From Epithemia pelagica (Eukaryota; Protista; Bacillariophyta): 64,000 bases of DNA. Of this stretch, positions 1-10,671 are shown one piece after another. The position numbers and the translations under genes are program-made. Position 1 is the first letter of the stretch; each line of letters starts with the position of its first letter. The notes below the pieces were generated by a model. That model was given only the letters and a program-made list of their open reading frames with translations, was not told the DNA's origin and did no database searches. The stretch lies in assembly GCA_946965045.2 (NCBI GenBank), contig OX337236.1:2604001-2668000 (forward strand), read 5' to 3'.

Positions 1-287
1 ACATTTCGTGAAAGTCTACATATTAGAATGAGTAGTTTGTGTTTTGTCTTTCACATGATACGGATAGGAGAAATGAATTCTTCTTGGTCAGAGGAGGAAG
101 GACACATACTCTTGCAAGACAAAGCGTTAGCTAATCCTGGTCAATGCAGTCAATAGGGTGATAGCTCTCATTCTCATAGCTGATAGAGTCGCTTGAAAAT
201 CTCATCTTTCAAAATCGTGATCGCGCGCCAGGCATCCGATATAGTTACTATTTACAACAGTGAATCTGAGTTTGATTTTAAGTAATA

Positions 288-323
288 GCACGCATGCGGA
301 CGCAATGGCACGCATGCGGACGC
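288..323. repeat. Direct repeat GCACGCATGCGGACGC x2 (20-bp period) in the putative promoter of paralogue A
   Basis: Copies at 288-303 and 308-323, each containing the palindrome GCATGC. Confidence 0.8.
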
Positions 324-604
324 GTGGAGGATATGGCGATGGATTCAGACCTCCACAATTTCGGCAAATCCTCACGAACGCACACAAGAAAGAGACGAGA
401 CATCAGCTCTTTGCCGCGATGCTCTTTTCGTTTACTCTCACATATTGCTTGTTTGGAGTCTCCACTTTCAAAGACCAGACAAGATTTGACAGTTTTGCAA
501 AGAGATCCCCTGGTGTTTCCACATGCATTTTTTGTCAGCTTTGTTGAGACAACACTGCTATTCAAACCTACAAAAAAGTGTCTCTGGAAAAATTAGAACC
601 CACC

Positions 605-1504
605 ATGTCGACAACCAGCGCCCATTCCTCGTCTGGTTCTACCAACGTGGCGACTCCAGAAATGGTCGTTGTTGTGACCGATCCCTCCGAAACGAGTAGT
701 GTTCCGACCATCACCACCACCACTCCCACTGGGACGTTCCTTCCCTCCTCCTTTTCCAGTTCTGGCTCAGTGCTTTCGCCGTCCGAAACGTCAGTATCAT
801 CATCATCGTCGTCGTCATCCTCATCTTCTGTGTCAATGACCATGCCAACCGTTTCCAACGTCAACAACAAGCGACAATGGCAAGAAAAGTTTCAGGGATG
901 GTCTTCTTCCTCAACCTTGCGTTCCTGGGTTGGTACTACCGGTAGTGAGATATCACCAACTCACTCGAGTACAACCTCGCCGACTGCAGCCTCAGTGTCG
1001 TCGTCATCGTCGTCCAGTTCACCAACGTCGAGTAGTACTTCCCCGGTGTCGACCAATGCAACGTCCCCCACTTCGTTGGCATCGACTCCTACTTCTGTGG
1101 CATCGACGACGACAACGACACGTACTAGCTTTTACAAGTATTCTTCCATGACAACGGCATGGTTGCGCGCTCAGGCCAAACAACGTCACTCCCACTCTCG
1201 CGAGAAGGAGAACGAGCAGGAGCGCCAACACCAACACTTGATGCATCAAGTCCAGCAAGTGGTAGTAGACCATGTCGTGTTGCAAGAATTGCAAGCGTGC
1301 TTGCGTCACGAACACGCCGTGACCAATGCCCGATTGCAGTGTACCGTGCCGCACAAATTGGTGGAAATTTATCAGCGACGACAACAAGAGGCGGCACTGT
1401 CTTCAACACGACAAGACGAAAAAGAAGAACTCATCACATTCAACAGCGGTAACCTTGCTCCATCGGCCCTGGACTCCCACCGGTCCATTGCCGTGGCTCC
1501 TTAA
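605..1504 (+). CDS. Hypothetical Ser/Thr-rich protein with a conserved C-terminal AVTNxRLQxTxPxKL motif (paralogue A)
   Basis: The ORF track starts at GTG 578; the first ATG is at 605. Long S/T tracts, then a 45-aa segment (1238-1372) with 21/45 ungapped identities to the convergent gene at 1745-2605. Confidence 0.75.
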   Translation: MSTTSAHSSSGSTNVATPEMVVVVTDPSETSSVPTITTTTPTGTFLPSSFSSSGSVLSPSETSVSSSSSSSSSSSVSMTMPTVSNVNNKRQWQEKFQGWSSSSTLRSWVGTTGSEISPTHSSTTSPTAASVSSSSSSSSPTSSSTSPVSTNATSPTSLASTPTSVASTTTTTRTSFYKYSSMTTAWLRAQAKQRHSHSREKENEQERQHQHLMHQVQQVVVDHVVLQELQACLRHEHAVTNARLQCTVPHKLVEIYQRRQQEAALSSTRQDEKEELITFNSGNLAPSALDSHRSIAVAP

Positions 1505-1744
1505 GTGGAGTGTGTGCAGTGGAGCGCTTCCTTCCGAAAGACAACACGTCTGTTTGAAACAGCACGCGTATGTTACTTTTTGGACCGCGTTTCCAAGTGA
1601 CGGTAGAGTTTGCTTTTTTCTAAAAAAACTAGTTTAGCAGACATGTTTTCCATTGCCGGTTGCGTCCAGTGTATCATTGAGAAACGGGAGTCCTGATGAG
1701 GCCACCCGAGTCAAGTCCAATTCACGCCGGTGCAGGCTGTAGTA

Positions 1745-2605
1745 TTACACGGTCACTAGCATCACTTTGGATGACGAAGTGTCTGCTGTGTTGCCTGGAT
1801 CCGTCTCTTGGAACGAGGAGGACGCTGTGTAAGATGGCGACACGGTCACAGAAGGAGGGCGAGTTGTAGACGTTTCCTTAAGGAGAGTCATGGATTCTCG
1901 ACCTTCTTGTTTGGATGCTCTCTTTTGTTGTTGTTGATTCGATTGATTCAGATCCGAAAGGCGTTGGGCCAAGGCTTGTTGTTGTGCAATTTGATGGCGA
2001 TAGATTGTAATCAATTTGGTGGGCAATGTCATTTGCAATCGTGTATTGGTCACAGCCTGTTCCCGACGCATTTCGTCTTGCAATTGATGAAACATGTCAT
2101 CAGTCAGGGCCACTTGATGCATTTGACGAGACAGTTCCTGTACGGCACGTCCATAGCGCTTTTGGGTCCAGCGTCGGTGCCTGGTGGACATGGAGGACGA
2201 CGATAAGGCCCTGGAAGAGGACGAGATTGTTCTTGTCGAGGAAGAGGAGGATGTGGTGGCCGGTCGGGTCGAGTTTCCACGAGGCAATCGAAGAGAAGCC
2301 AAGACGGATGATGGTTGCGACACAGCCGACGATTGTTCCTTCGATTGTTGTTGTTGTTGTTGTTGTTGGCTAGATTTGGGTTGTTGCGGTTGCTGTGCCT
2401 TGAATGATACGGAAGTCACGGTCTTGGTCTTGGGACTTTTCTCGGTAGATTCACGGACCGGATCCGAAAGACATGGCTGTTTGCTGCTTTTGCTTTTGCT
2501 TTTGTGGGATTTGAGGAGAACAGTTTCTTGCCATTCTTGCTGCAATTGGTCAATCGTTGCCTGCGCCGATGTGGTGTTGGCCGTTGTCACCTCCTTTCGG
2601 TCCAT
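1745..2605 (-). CDS. Hypothetical Ser/Thr/Gln-rich protein with the same motif (paralogue B)
   Basis: The ORF track starts at GTG 2659; the first in-frame ATG is at 2605 (MDRKEV). Motif segment at 2000-2134. An upstream spliced exon cannot be excluded. Confidence 0.75.
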   Translation of the reverse strand: MDRKEVTTANTTSAQATIDQLQQEWQETVLLKSHKSKSKSSKQPCLSDPVRESTEKSPKTKTVTSVSFKAQQPQQPKSSQQQQQQQQSKEQSSAVSQPSSVLASLRLPRGNSTRPATTSSSSSTRTISSSSRALSSSSMSTRHRRWTQKRYGRAVQELSRQMHQVALTDDMFHQLQDEMRREQAVTNTRLQMTLPTKLITIYRHQIAQQQALAQRLSDLNQSNQQQQKRASKQEGRESMTLLKETSTTRPPSVTVSPSYTASSSFQETDPGNTADTSSSKVMLVTV

Positions 2606-4628
2606 GTCAGTTTTGCTGGTTGTGGGATACTTGTAGGAATCACCGGTACGAGATGCCACTTCTTGATTACGCTTACCAGGAGCAGCCTTGACGTTTTATG
2701 ATTTCATAATGTGTTGACAGGCAGTGTGGCACGGAGGAATGAGCAAGATACCAAATGTTTTTATCCCAACGGAAGCCCAAAAGCCTCTCAAGATTGGACC
2801 GACACGACCAAGACAAGCGATCATTGTCTTTTCAGAAAAGACGGTTGATGGCACAGCAGAATACAGACAGATTCCTTTTCGTCGACTCATGGGCTCTGGA
2901 ATCACACCATGTCATCAGGTAGGAGTGAAGTAACTCACCCAAGGTTGCGATTTACGATGTGCAAAATGCCTTTCATGCATGACAGGTAGTTTTCACATAT
3001 TTCAGATTGTGAGAGAGAAGGTCGAAGTCGGCATCCTCGATAGGTACGGGCTTACATCATACTTTCTACATTACATAACAATTTTTGGAAAATTCAACGG
3101 CCATCTCATTTTTACTATACTATAGCCTCGGTTCCTTTTCTTAATGGATAATACTGTGGGCTTAAATCAGGGACCACACATATAAGCCCTTAGCCACGGT
3201 CACTTCGGTCTCGTCCGATCTACTATGGAGTGTCCTGAAACCTGAACCATGGCGGCTTCACACAACAAACAATTCCTTAATAGATATCAGCCTTGCTGCT
3301 TATGCGTTCAACTTCAGTGCGCTTGCAAATGTGGCTCTTGTGACCTTCCGATGTTGATGGATCCTGTCTTGGGTCCTCGAATCTCTTTTCTTCCCCCCTA
3401 GATTTCAGTTTTGTTTGCAAGATATAGAAACCTTTCAAAGATCGATGTGCCTCATTCATGAGTCAGTTTCGTTGCACTCCGACAGAGATCGACTGAATCC
3501 AGACTGGACGGTGTTGGTAAGCCAACCACAAAGGACATCTACTTCATCAAGCATGATGTACCTTTAGTGCTTGACTGAGCTTGCGCCAGAGATGCACCCT
3601 TGACTTTGGCCTGCTACAATGTGGGATTCCTTCTACAACTTTGAACCCTTCTGGAGTTTTCCATGTAGCAGGTCAGTGAGCAATGTCTATCGATGGACAG
3701 TGGGAGGGTCCATTCCGTGAAATGCTTGGACGACGCTGTCCTCCGTCATAGAATAGGCCGTTATGCTGTTGTTCCAGAGAATGCGAGAGAGGAACAAAAT
3801 CACGCGGTGAGTACAATGCACAACTCTAGAGACGCATTGAGCGACTTGTGACGTGCGTTTCGTACTTGATCTGGTTGTTTGTGTAGCTGCGATGGAATAC
3901 TCTGCTGCTCGTCACTGGAAGCGCACAAATACAAAGCAATGTTGAAATATAACAAAGTAGCTTTGCCATGACTAGACCACCACTGCCGTTGCACACTGAT
4001 CAGCAGACGAAACGTAGAATGATATTCCAGATCAGGAACAACAAGCCCACCATCATTCTTCAGGTAATGGTGCACTGCACGGACAAGACAGTACAAGGTC
4101 CATGCAGTGTTGGGACGCATACGCATGGTGCACTGCACCTGGTACTGGAAACATTCTCATCATACTGATGCACTTCAGACAGTCTTATGACGGTGCACGC
4201 AATCACGATTACTCCTAGTTGGTTCTCCTAAGGTAATATTCGTAGTTGTAGGTGCACCTGGGTGGCGCATGATAGTCTATGTACGCGCACCTTGGCTTTG
4301 TCCCTGTCCCGCGGGAGAGGACTTGAAAAAAACGCGACTCAACGCTTTGCGAGAGAGAAAATTTGATCCCGCATAATGTAAGGTACCAAGTTGTCACGAG
4401 GACTCTCTTGGGTGTTTTCGTGAGACAGCCCATGTCCACGATGAGAGCAAGACAATAACGCACCGTACTGGAGCATTCACGGTTATTGTCTCCTGGACTC
4501 TCTCGAATCCAAAGATCAAGACTCTGCCCATAGAGGCGCACAGATCGCTTCAGGAAGAGTCCAGGGAAACAAGAAAAAGAATCGATTGGAATCACTCACA
4601 GTTGATTTGAGAACAGAGAACAGAGAGA

Positions 4629-5954
4629 ATGGCGAAATTGGAAGTAAGATCAGGGTCTGTTCCACCACGTTCACGACCAGATTTGGGGCACGCACGAAAT
4701 ACCGAACGGATTGTGCCATCTGGAAGGACACTAGTACTGATTGCTCTATTCATCTTTTTGGTCTTCCAGTTGTCAACCATTCCAAAGTCGAGTATGGAAC
4801 TCTCGGTACTCACCATGGTTGGTGACGAACCCGTACAGCAGGACCATGAACAGAAACTACAGCCGTCAAAGGAACGTGAACCGCCTGGACCAGCTGAAGT
4901 ACAATCAAGAGTAAGACGTCGGAATGAATCGTCTTCTTCTTCTGTTGATGAAACTACCTTGAAAGAAACTTTGTCCAAGAAGGATGCCGCGAGTATTTGG
5001 AGAGCCTTGGTTCGTCATGGAGAAAGCCTATTGAAGAAGGATCTGCGTCATGGAGACGCAAAGAATAGTCAACCAATTCGTGTCATGGAAGTTGGAATGC
5101 ATCGTGCCAATCAATGTGTTTACGCCGCCACCCACGGATTGGAAGCACATTGTGTTGAACCATCCCCTACATCGTTTGAAAGCATTCGAAACTCCGTTTC
5201 AAAACAAGATGTCACGGTTCGAGACAAGATACACTTGTACCAAAAGGTGGCGGGCTCGACCAGTCGCGAACATGTTTCCTTTCAAGCTGCGGGTGGAACG
5301 GGGGATCACGTGACTTCCAGGAGTAGTGGTGGCGTGGATGTTTGGAACATGAAGATTGGTGCCCCTCCCGATCCAGCATTGGTCCACAAGCAAGGAAAAA
5401 CAGTTTCAGTCGAAACCATGCGACTCGATGATCTTGTCATGCCGTCACCTCGTCAACAACCATTGGATCCAGAATCTTCTACTCCACGACGCTTCCATGC
5501 CATAAAGATTGATACACAGGGCTACGAACCTGCTGTATTTCGTGGATTGGATCGTAGCTTGTCGAATCATTGGGTCGATTATATCTTGTTTGAGTTTTGG
5601 CCTAAGGGTATGGATCTGATTGTCAATGCCACTTCTTCTTCGTCGTTATCCTTTGAGAAATGTCGTGCAGCCACCAACATTTTGGAATCCTTGGCCGGTC
5701 GTCAATACCAGTTGTATCCCTTGTCCATTCAAGCCCATCCTCGAGCACCACGGGGTGGAGTCCCTCGCAAACGTCAAGTCGATCCTCGTCCCTTCGTTGT
5801 TGATACAGGAAAACGACGAAATGTCCTATTGGATCATTGCTTGTGGTATTATCAACGCGAAGACGAAATTCCATCCAACCAAACCTATCACATGGGATAT
5901 TGGTCCGATATCTTGGCGGTGTCCCCTCATGCCACATGGATTCCATCGACATAA
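4629..5954 (+). CDS. FkbM-family (Methyltransf_21-like) SAM-dependent methyltransferase with N-terminal membrane anchor
   Basis: Motifs VMEVGM, AHCVEPSP, ETMRLDDL, IKIDTQGYEPAVFRG, YILFEFWP. Hydrophobic stretch TLVLIALFIFLVFQL near the N-terminus. Confidence 0.85.
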   Translation: MAKLEVRSGSVPPRSRPDLGHARNTERIVPSGRTLVLIALFIFLVFQLSTIPKSSMELSVLTMVGDEPVQQDHEQKLQPSKEREPPGPAEVQSRVRRRNESSSSSVDETTLKETLSKKDAASIWRALVRHGESLLKKDLRHGDAKNSQPIRVMEVGMHRANQCVYAATHGLEAHCVEPSPTSFESIRNSVSKQDVTVRDKIHLYQKVAGSTSREHVSFQAAGGTGDHVTSRSSGGVDVWNMKIGAPPDPALVHKQGKTVSVETMRLDDLVMPSPRQQPLDPESSTPRRFHAIKIDTQGYEPAVFRGLDRSLSNHWVDYILFEFWPKGMDLIVNATSSSSLSFEKCRAATNILESLAGRQYQLYPLSIQAHPRAPRGGVPRKRQVDPRPFVVDTGKRRNVLLDHCLWYYQREDEIPSNQTYHMGYWSDILAVSPHATWIPST

Positions 5955-6437
5955 TCCCAACAGGAGACGTGAAGAAAAGAAGAACCAACACCGACACGCA
6001 GAAGTGCTTTTCGTTTCTTCTAGTCTACAAACTCTCCCTGTGCCTCGAGTCATTGGGTTCACAAGATTGATAACACACCTCCTCAAGGTTCCTCGTGGGA
6101 ACTGTTGGCGTGAACGAAGTTTGGGTCATTCCGTCCAGTTGTCAAACTGCGACCTAAGTTGCCATTTCGTCGATTGCTCAACAATAGGGTTTTACATCAA
6201 GCGGAGACAACATTTTTACTGGTTAAACTCGTCCGTTCTTGGATCTGTACGACTTGTCCTGTGTTCATCAAATTCTCGTTATTTGATTCATCATCTCTGC
6301 AACAGTAACCTATTCCTTGTGACGGTACTGAGGGTTGATCAAAATCTGACGCATCGGAACAAGGAACATGATATGAACTTAGTTGCTACGTATACTAAAT
6401 ATTAAGGCCGATAGTGACACTGCGTCTGAGTTGTCAA

Positions 6438-9039
6438 TCAGACACCCACGATACCCGAAACGAGTAGGCATAGATTGGCAATGACACCAAGAATAGTTGA
6501 GGGTTTCAAAGTGAGCGGGAGGTGGCTGGGAAATCCTGCCGAGGTATTAGCTCTGGCTTGAGTAGAAAATGATGATGGTTCTATTTGGCTGCATGTGCCA
6601 TCGATGTTCACTTGATTTGACAATCCGTTGTCACTGGAAACGAAACCTTCGTTGCATTCACACGTAGGAATGATGACTGTTTCAGTGGGAGAAATCGTTG
6701 ATGAATTCTCAGGACATCCATGAAAACTCAACGAGAAATCTGTAAAGCCCGTCACCGAGTCGAGCGATCCCCACTCCACTGTGGAGCAGTATTGTTCGAT
6801 CGCAAGCAATGGGTAGTCACTGTCTCCCCCAGTCGTGGTGCTGCTTCCACTCGAGTCTATCGAAATGGTCGTTTGTTGCCTTGGCATTGCTTGGCAAGTT
6901 CCCAAGAAACAGACCTTGGTCAGACAGTCAATTCCATCCAGCGTGAGAATTGGAAAATATTTAAACGACAATTGTAGGGCAAAACCATGATCCAGAATGG
7001 GTTGTAAGGGTTGTAAATTGTAGAGTATGTTGGATTGACTTCCATATACCAAGAGAGCGTTGTTGCTGAGAACAAAATACTTGCCAGGTTGACGACTGAG
7101 TCGTCGGGGATAAAGTGTCTGTAGACCCTTCCCTGTTTGTACTGGAACCACTCCAGGAACAAACCGAAATTTAATGTCCGTGACGGATGACGAAGTTTCG
7201 ATTGCCATATCCAAATATTGTTTCGGGCGTTTGTAGGGGGCACATACGGCTATGCTAGTGTCGTTATTAGTCGACGGCAATGCCACATCGTACCAGAGCC
7301 CGCTTGGAGAACGCAATTCTATTCGATCTTCTACACCTCCTTCGTTGTTGGGCTCTGGCGGAGTTGATGTTGTTGCCCAATTGGTGTAGTCACCAAATAT
7401 TGTTTCATCCAACCACTCAAAATCGTCGAGTCTGTCGCCAACGCGCTTGCCACCCAACAACATGGATGGGTTTGCCTCGTCGTCCTCTGTTGAGCGAGCA
7501 CATGGCCGGTCAATTTGACACACGCATTGTAATGGCTTGTTGCACTCTGTCACGTTCCAAAATGAAACTGTTGTTTCCTCGTCCGTCTCAATGGCCGCGC
7601 AGTCGACAGCGTCACGGTTGTCCATGGGAAACGAGTTGCCGTTGGGCCAGTTGGTAAAGTCCGAGAAACATGCAGCATTTGTCCATCTAAAGGCACCTTC
7701 AAAGTTTTGGTCGGTGTAGCCCACCCACATGGGTCCTTGCGATCCAAACAAGGAAACCAAAAAGTCATTTTCTTCTTGACTGGAAATACATGGCTGCTGT
7801 GCACTGTGTTGGTAACAAGCATGTTCACATTCCGTTTGTGTCATGAGCATTGCCATGGGCTCCTCTGCAGCTACCATGGAGGGTTCATCAATGCGAAAGA
7901 AAATCTTATCCTGATAGGCACCTACGGCCGTCAACAATTCGTTTTCCTCCATCGAATGGACCGACGCTACATGGCAATTAAAGGACAAGGCCACGTCCTC
8001 ATGGGCCTCCAGAGTATCAAGGACGGGCAATTGAAGATAATTATTGCCCTCGACATCGTCGTCTCCCATGTAATATTCTTGGTCCATTTGAAAGGTGTGT
8101 GGTGCTTGGAATTGGCTTCCCCAGCATGCAGCGTTCTCAAACGGTCGTTCTGCGACTTGCCGCGCGGAGCACTCGTCGAGATCGGAATCTGTTGTTGTGG
8201 ATACTTGTGGAAAGCACCAGTCGGGATGGTCGACACAGGGCCCACGGGGTACAATGACGGTTGGATGAGGCTTTTGACAAACGCATTGCCGTTCGGCACG
8301 ACAACTCACATCGTTCCATTCGGCGATAAAAAAGGGCGGAGGATTGACGACATTGACACCCTTTTGAATTTCAATACATTCCGATCGTCTCGACAAGACA
8401 TTATTGGGTTGATCGGCTCGAAAAAAGTATTCACCGCCTTGTTCGGCAGCGGCACACCGGGGATCCTGCCATCGAAAAAAGCCATTGACTTCCCTCATTC
8501 CAATCCAAACTCGATTGTTGTTGTCGCTGCCAAATTCGACGAATTGAGCGACAAATTCATTCATGGCGGCATTGTAAATACAGGGCATGGTGGCACCCAG
8601 GGAATCGCAATGCGTTTGACAGTCGTCATAGATTTTGCCACGATCCGTCGTGGCATTGGGAAAGAAAAAGCATTGATCTTGAAAGGCTGTCCAGCCATCT
8701 TCGCACTCACCACTTTCCTCTTCGAGACTTCGAGCAGCAGGGATAGTGTGGGTTGGGCGTCGTTGGTCCTTCTGTTGAGAAAGAGAAGGCAAACTTTATC
8801 AGCATTGTGTTTGGTGGTTGCCGGAGTCAGTGAAAGCGCCACATATGACTTACCACCGCCGTACGTAAATTCGAGGGCTTTGTAGTCTGTTCAGAGGTAT
8901 GGTCGTTGGGATTCGACAATGACTTTCCCATTGACCCTTGAGGCAAGTATATTGTGCTACTGGTGGCCGAGACCACCAGGGTACCAACTAGCACCGTTCC
9001 CGCTCGGATGACGGTTCTTCTTCTTGTTCTTTCCATCAT
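6438..9039 (-). CDS. Secreted/surface multi C-type lectin domain protein; join(complement 8854..9039, 6438..8771), about 839 aa
   Basis: Phase-0 GTAAGT...TTTCTCAACAG intron at 8772-8853 joins an N-terminal exon with a hydrophobic leader to the 784-aa ORF. CTLD hallmarks: CEDGWTAFQDQCFFF, VWIGM, WNDVSC...CVCQ; a second domain MWVGYTD..FEGAFRW..WNVTEC..CVCQ; a third partial domain with EPN. EGF-like CECNEGF and a hydrophobic C-terminus. Confidence 0.85.
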
Positions 9040-9999
9040 GGTATCTTATGAATGGAATGGAGTTGCAAGGTTCAACGCTTCTCCAGAGTCGAGTTTGGAA
9101 ATAAATGAAAGGTTCTCTTGGTCCTGGAACAGGAAAACCTGTTGTGGGAACATTGGGAATCTCTGTGAAAGTTGCTTGTCGTGGGTTCGTACAGCAACGT
9201 AAATAGCAACGGACACGAACGTGTCGTTCCTTCAACGACCGACCGAACGGATACAAACAACGATTTGTTGGATCTGTTGCAAAACGCAACAACGGACCAA
9301 ACCATGATGGGTTTGATTTACTTCACGAAGCCGAACGCTTCTCTACAATTTTCATTTTGTTTTGTGTTTCGGTCGAGCGGTCCATGAATTTGTGAGAGAC
9401 CCGTGCCAATCCGCGCGCCATCTGGAACGACGCTTGCATGTCCGCCACGCTCGATGCAACGGACTCGGAGTCACAACGGACATTTTAAATTTTAAATACT
9501 CGTTGTGTCAACGGAGACCACCCCATTTCTGCGCGCCAGTCCATCACGGCACATTTTTGGATCGTCCGAGTTCTCACTTTTTGTGTGTTTTGAGAATTCC
9601 GAAATTCTCTATCGGCGCCCTGTTGTATCTTTCGTTCTCGCGCTGTTGTACAAGGCACGAAGTACGAATAAGCTGCCCCCACGCCGTGGCATGGATTGTT
9701 GTTTGGTTCAATACTCGTACTCATGCAAGTATGGCATTGTGTAGTCGCTTCTATATCGCGAACTGTAGTAAGATGGAGGAGGGACCACATCCTATCGAAA
9801 CTTGGTGATTGGACCTTCACCACACATACCACCTTCTTGTCGTGTCCACAGAATGGCAGCAGTTGGGCAAACGATACTTTAATCTGCCTCAAGCACAATG
9901 GAAAATGCCGCACAACCTGTTCCAAGATGAAGCTGGGTCTATTTACAACGAGAACGCCCTCTACAAGGCTCTCTCACCGTTTCAATAATTCCAGGCTAC

Positions 10000-10053
10000 A
10001 GGTCCAGAATTCCCTGCTCAGTGTGCTAGGTCCAGAATTCCCTACTCAGTGTG
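10000..10053. repeat. 28-bp tandem duplication (AGGTCCAGAATTCCCTRCTCAGTGTG x2)
   Basis: Copies at 10000-10025 and 10028-10053 with one mismatch. Confidence 0.85.
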
Positions 10054-10671
10054 TTGTTGTCTGGAGTAACTGATTCAGATTCAACCGATCCCGTAGGACA
10101 TGGAGGAACCATCTATTGGGAGGATAAGAAAAAGGGATCCTGTCGTGAATAGTTAATTTGCGGGGGGACGCCACACACTGTTGCGGCTTTTTTGTCGGTC
10201 AAAGAATGACCGTCGCAACTCTTGTGTGGAAGAGAGCACATTACGAATCATCAAAAGAAGCACCAATACGGGTTGAGACTGGCACGGTTTCAAAACGTTT
10301 GAGTCAAGAGACGGGTCTCTTCAGCTCTTCATCTCGCGCACGATCGCAGGCTGCGGCCCATTCATTTACGGTAGAACGACAAACGACCAAGCGCTTTTTT
10401 CTCGCAAGACAGACAATCATCTTAGAAACCACCAAACTAAGTACAGGCTGCCGGTTCTGTGCCAATCATGGAACAGAATATCCAGGTGGTGGAGTTCTGT
10501 AATTTTTTATGTCAAGCTCTGATTGGTTGTCTACCTTGGTGGAGATTTTCGTGTGAACATGGTACACACGCGAACAAACACTGGAAAAGCAAGGCTCATA
10601 TACAAGTGAATTGACCAAAGAGGGAAGGAACCAGACGGTAAGAGCAATATCCTCCTATCCATCTCAACCCC

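Noticed and set aside
1681-1740. GAAAC...CTGATGAGGCC resembling a hammerhead ribozyme core between the convergent genes
   Set aside because: Only 8 nt separate GAAA and CTGATGA, too few for stems III and I, and there is no downstream GGCC-GAAA to close stem II.
3277-4168. Short protein-like frames on the minus strand (e.g. LYCLVRAVHHYLKNDGGLVVPDLEY)
   Set aside because: Interrupted by stops with no recognisable family. It may be a decayed gene but cannot be supported.
7707-8885. 392-aa plus-strand ORF
   Set aside because: Antisense shadow of the C-type lectin gene; no motifs.
9773-9990. Trp-rich frame with an internal TGA (MEEGPHPIETW*LDLHH...)
   Set aside because: Short, no recognisable homology and no splice support.
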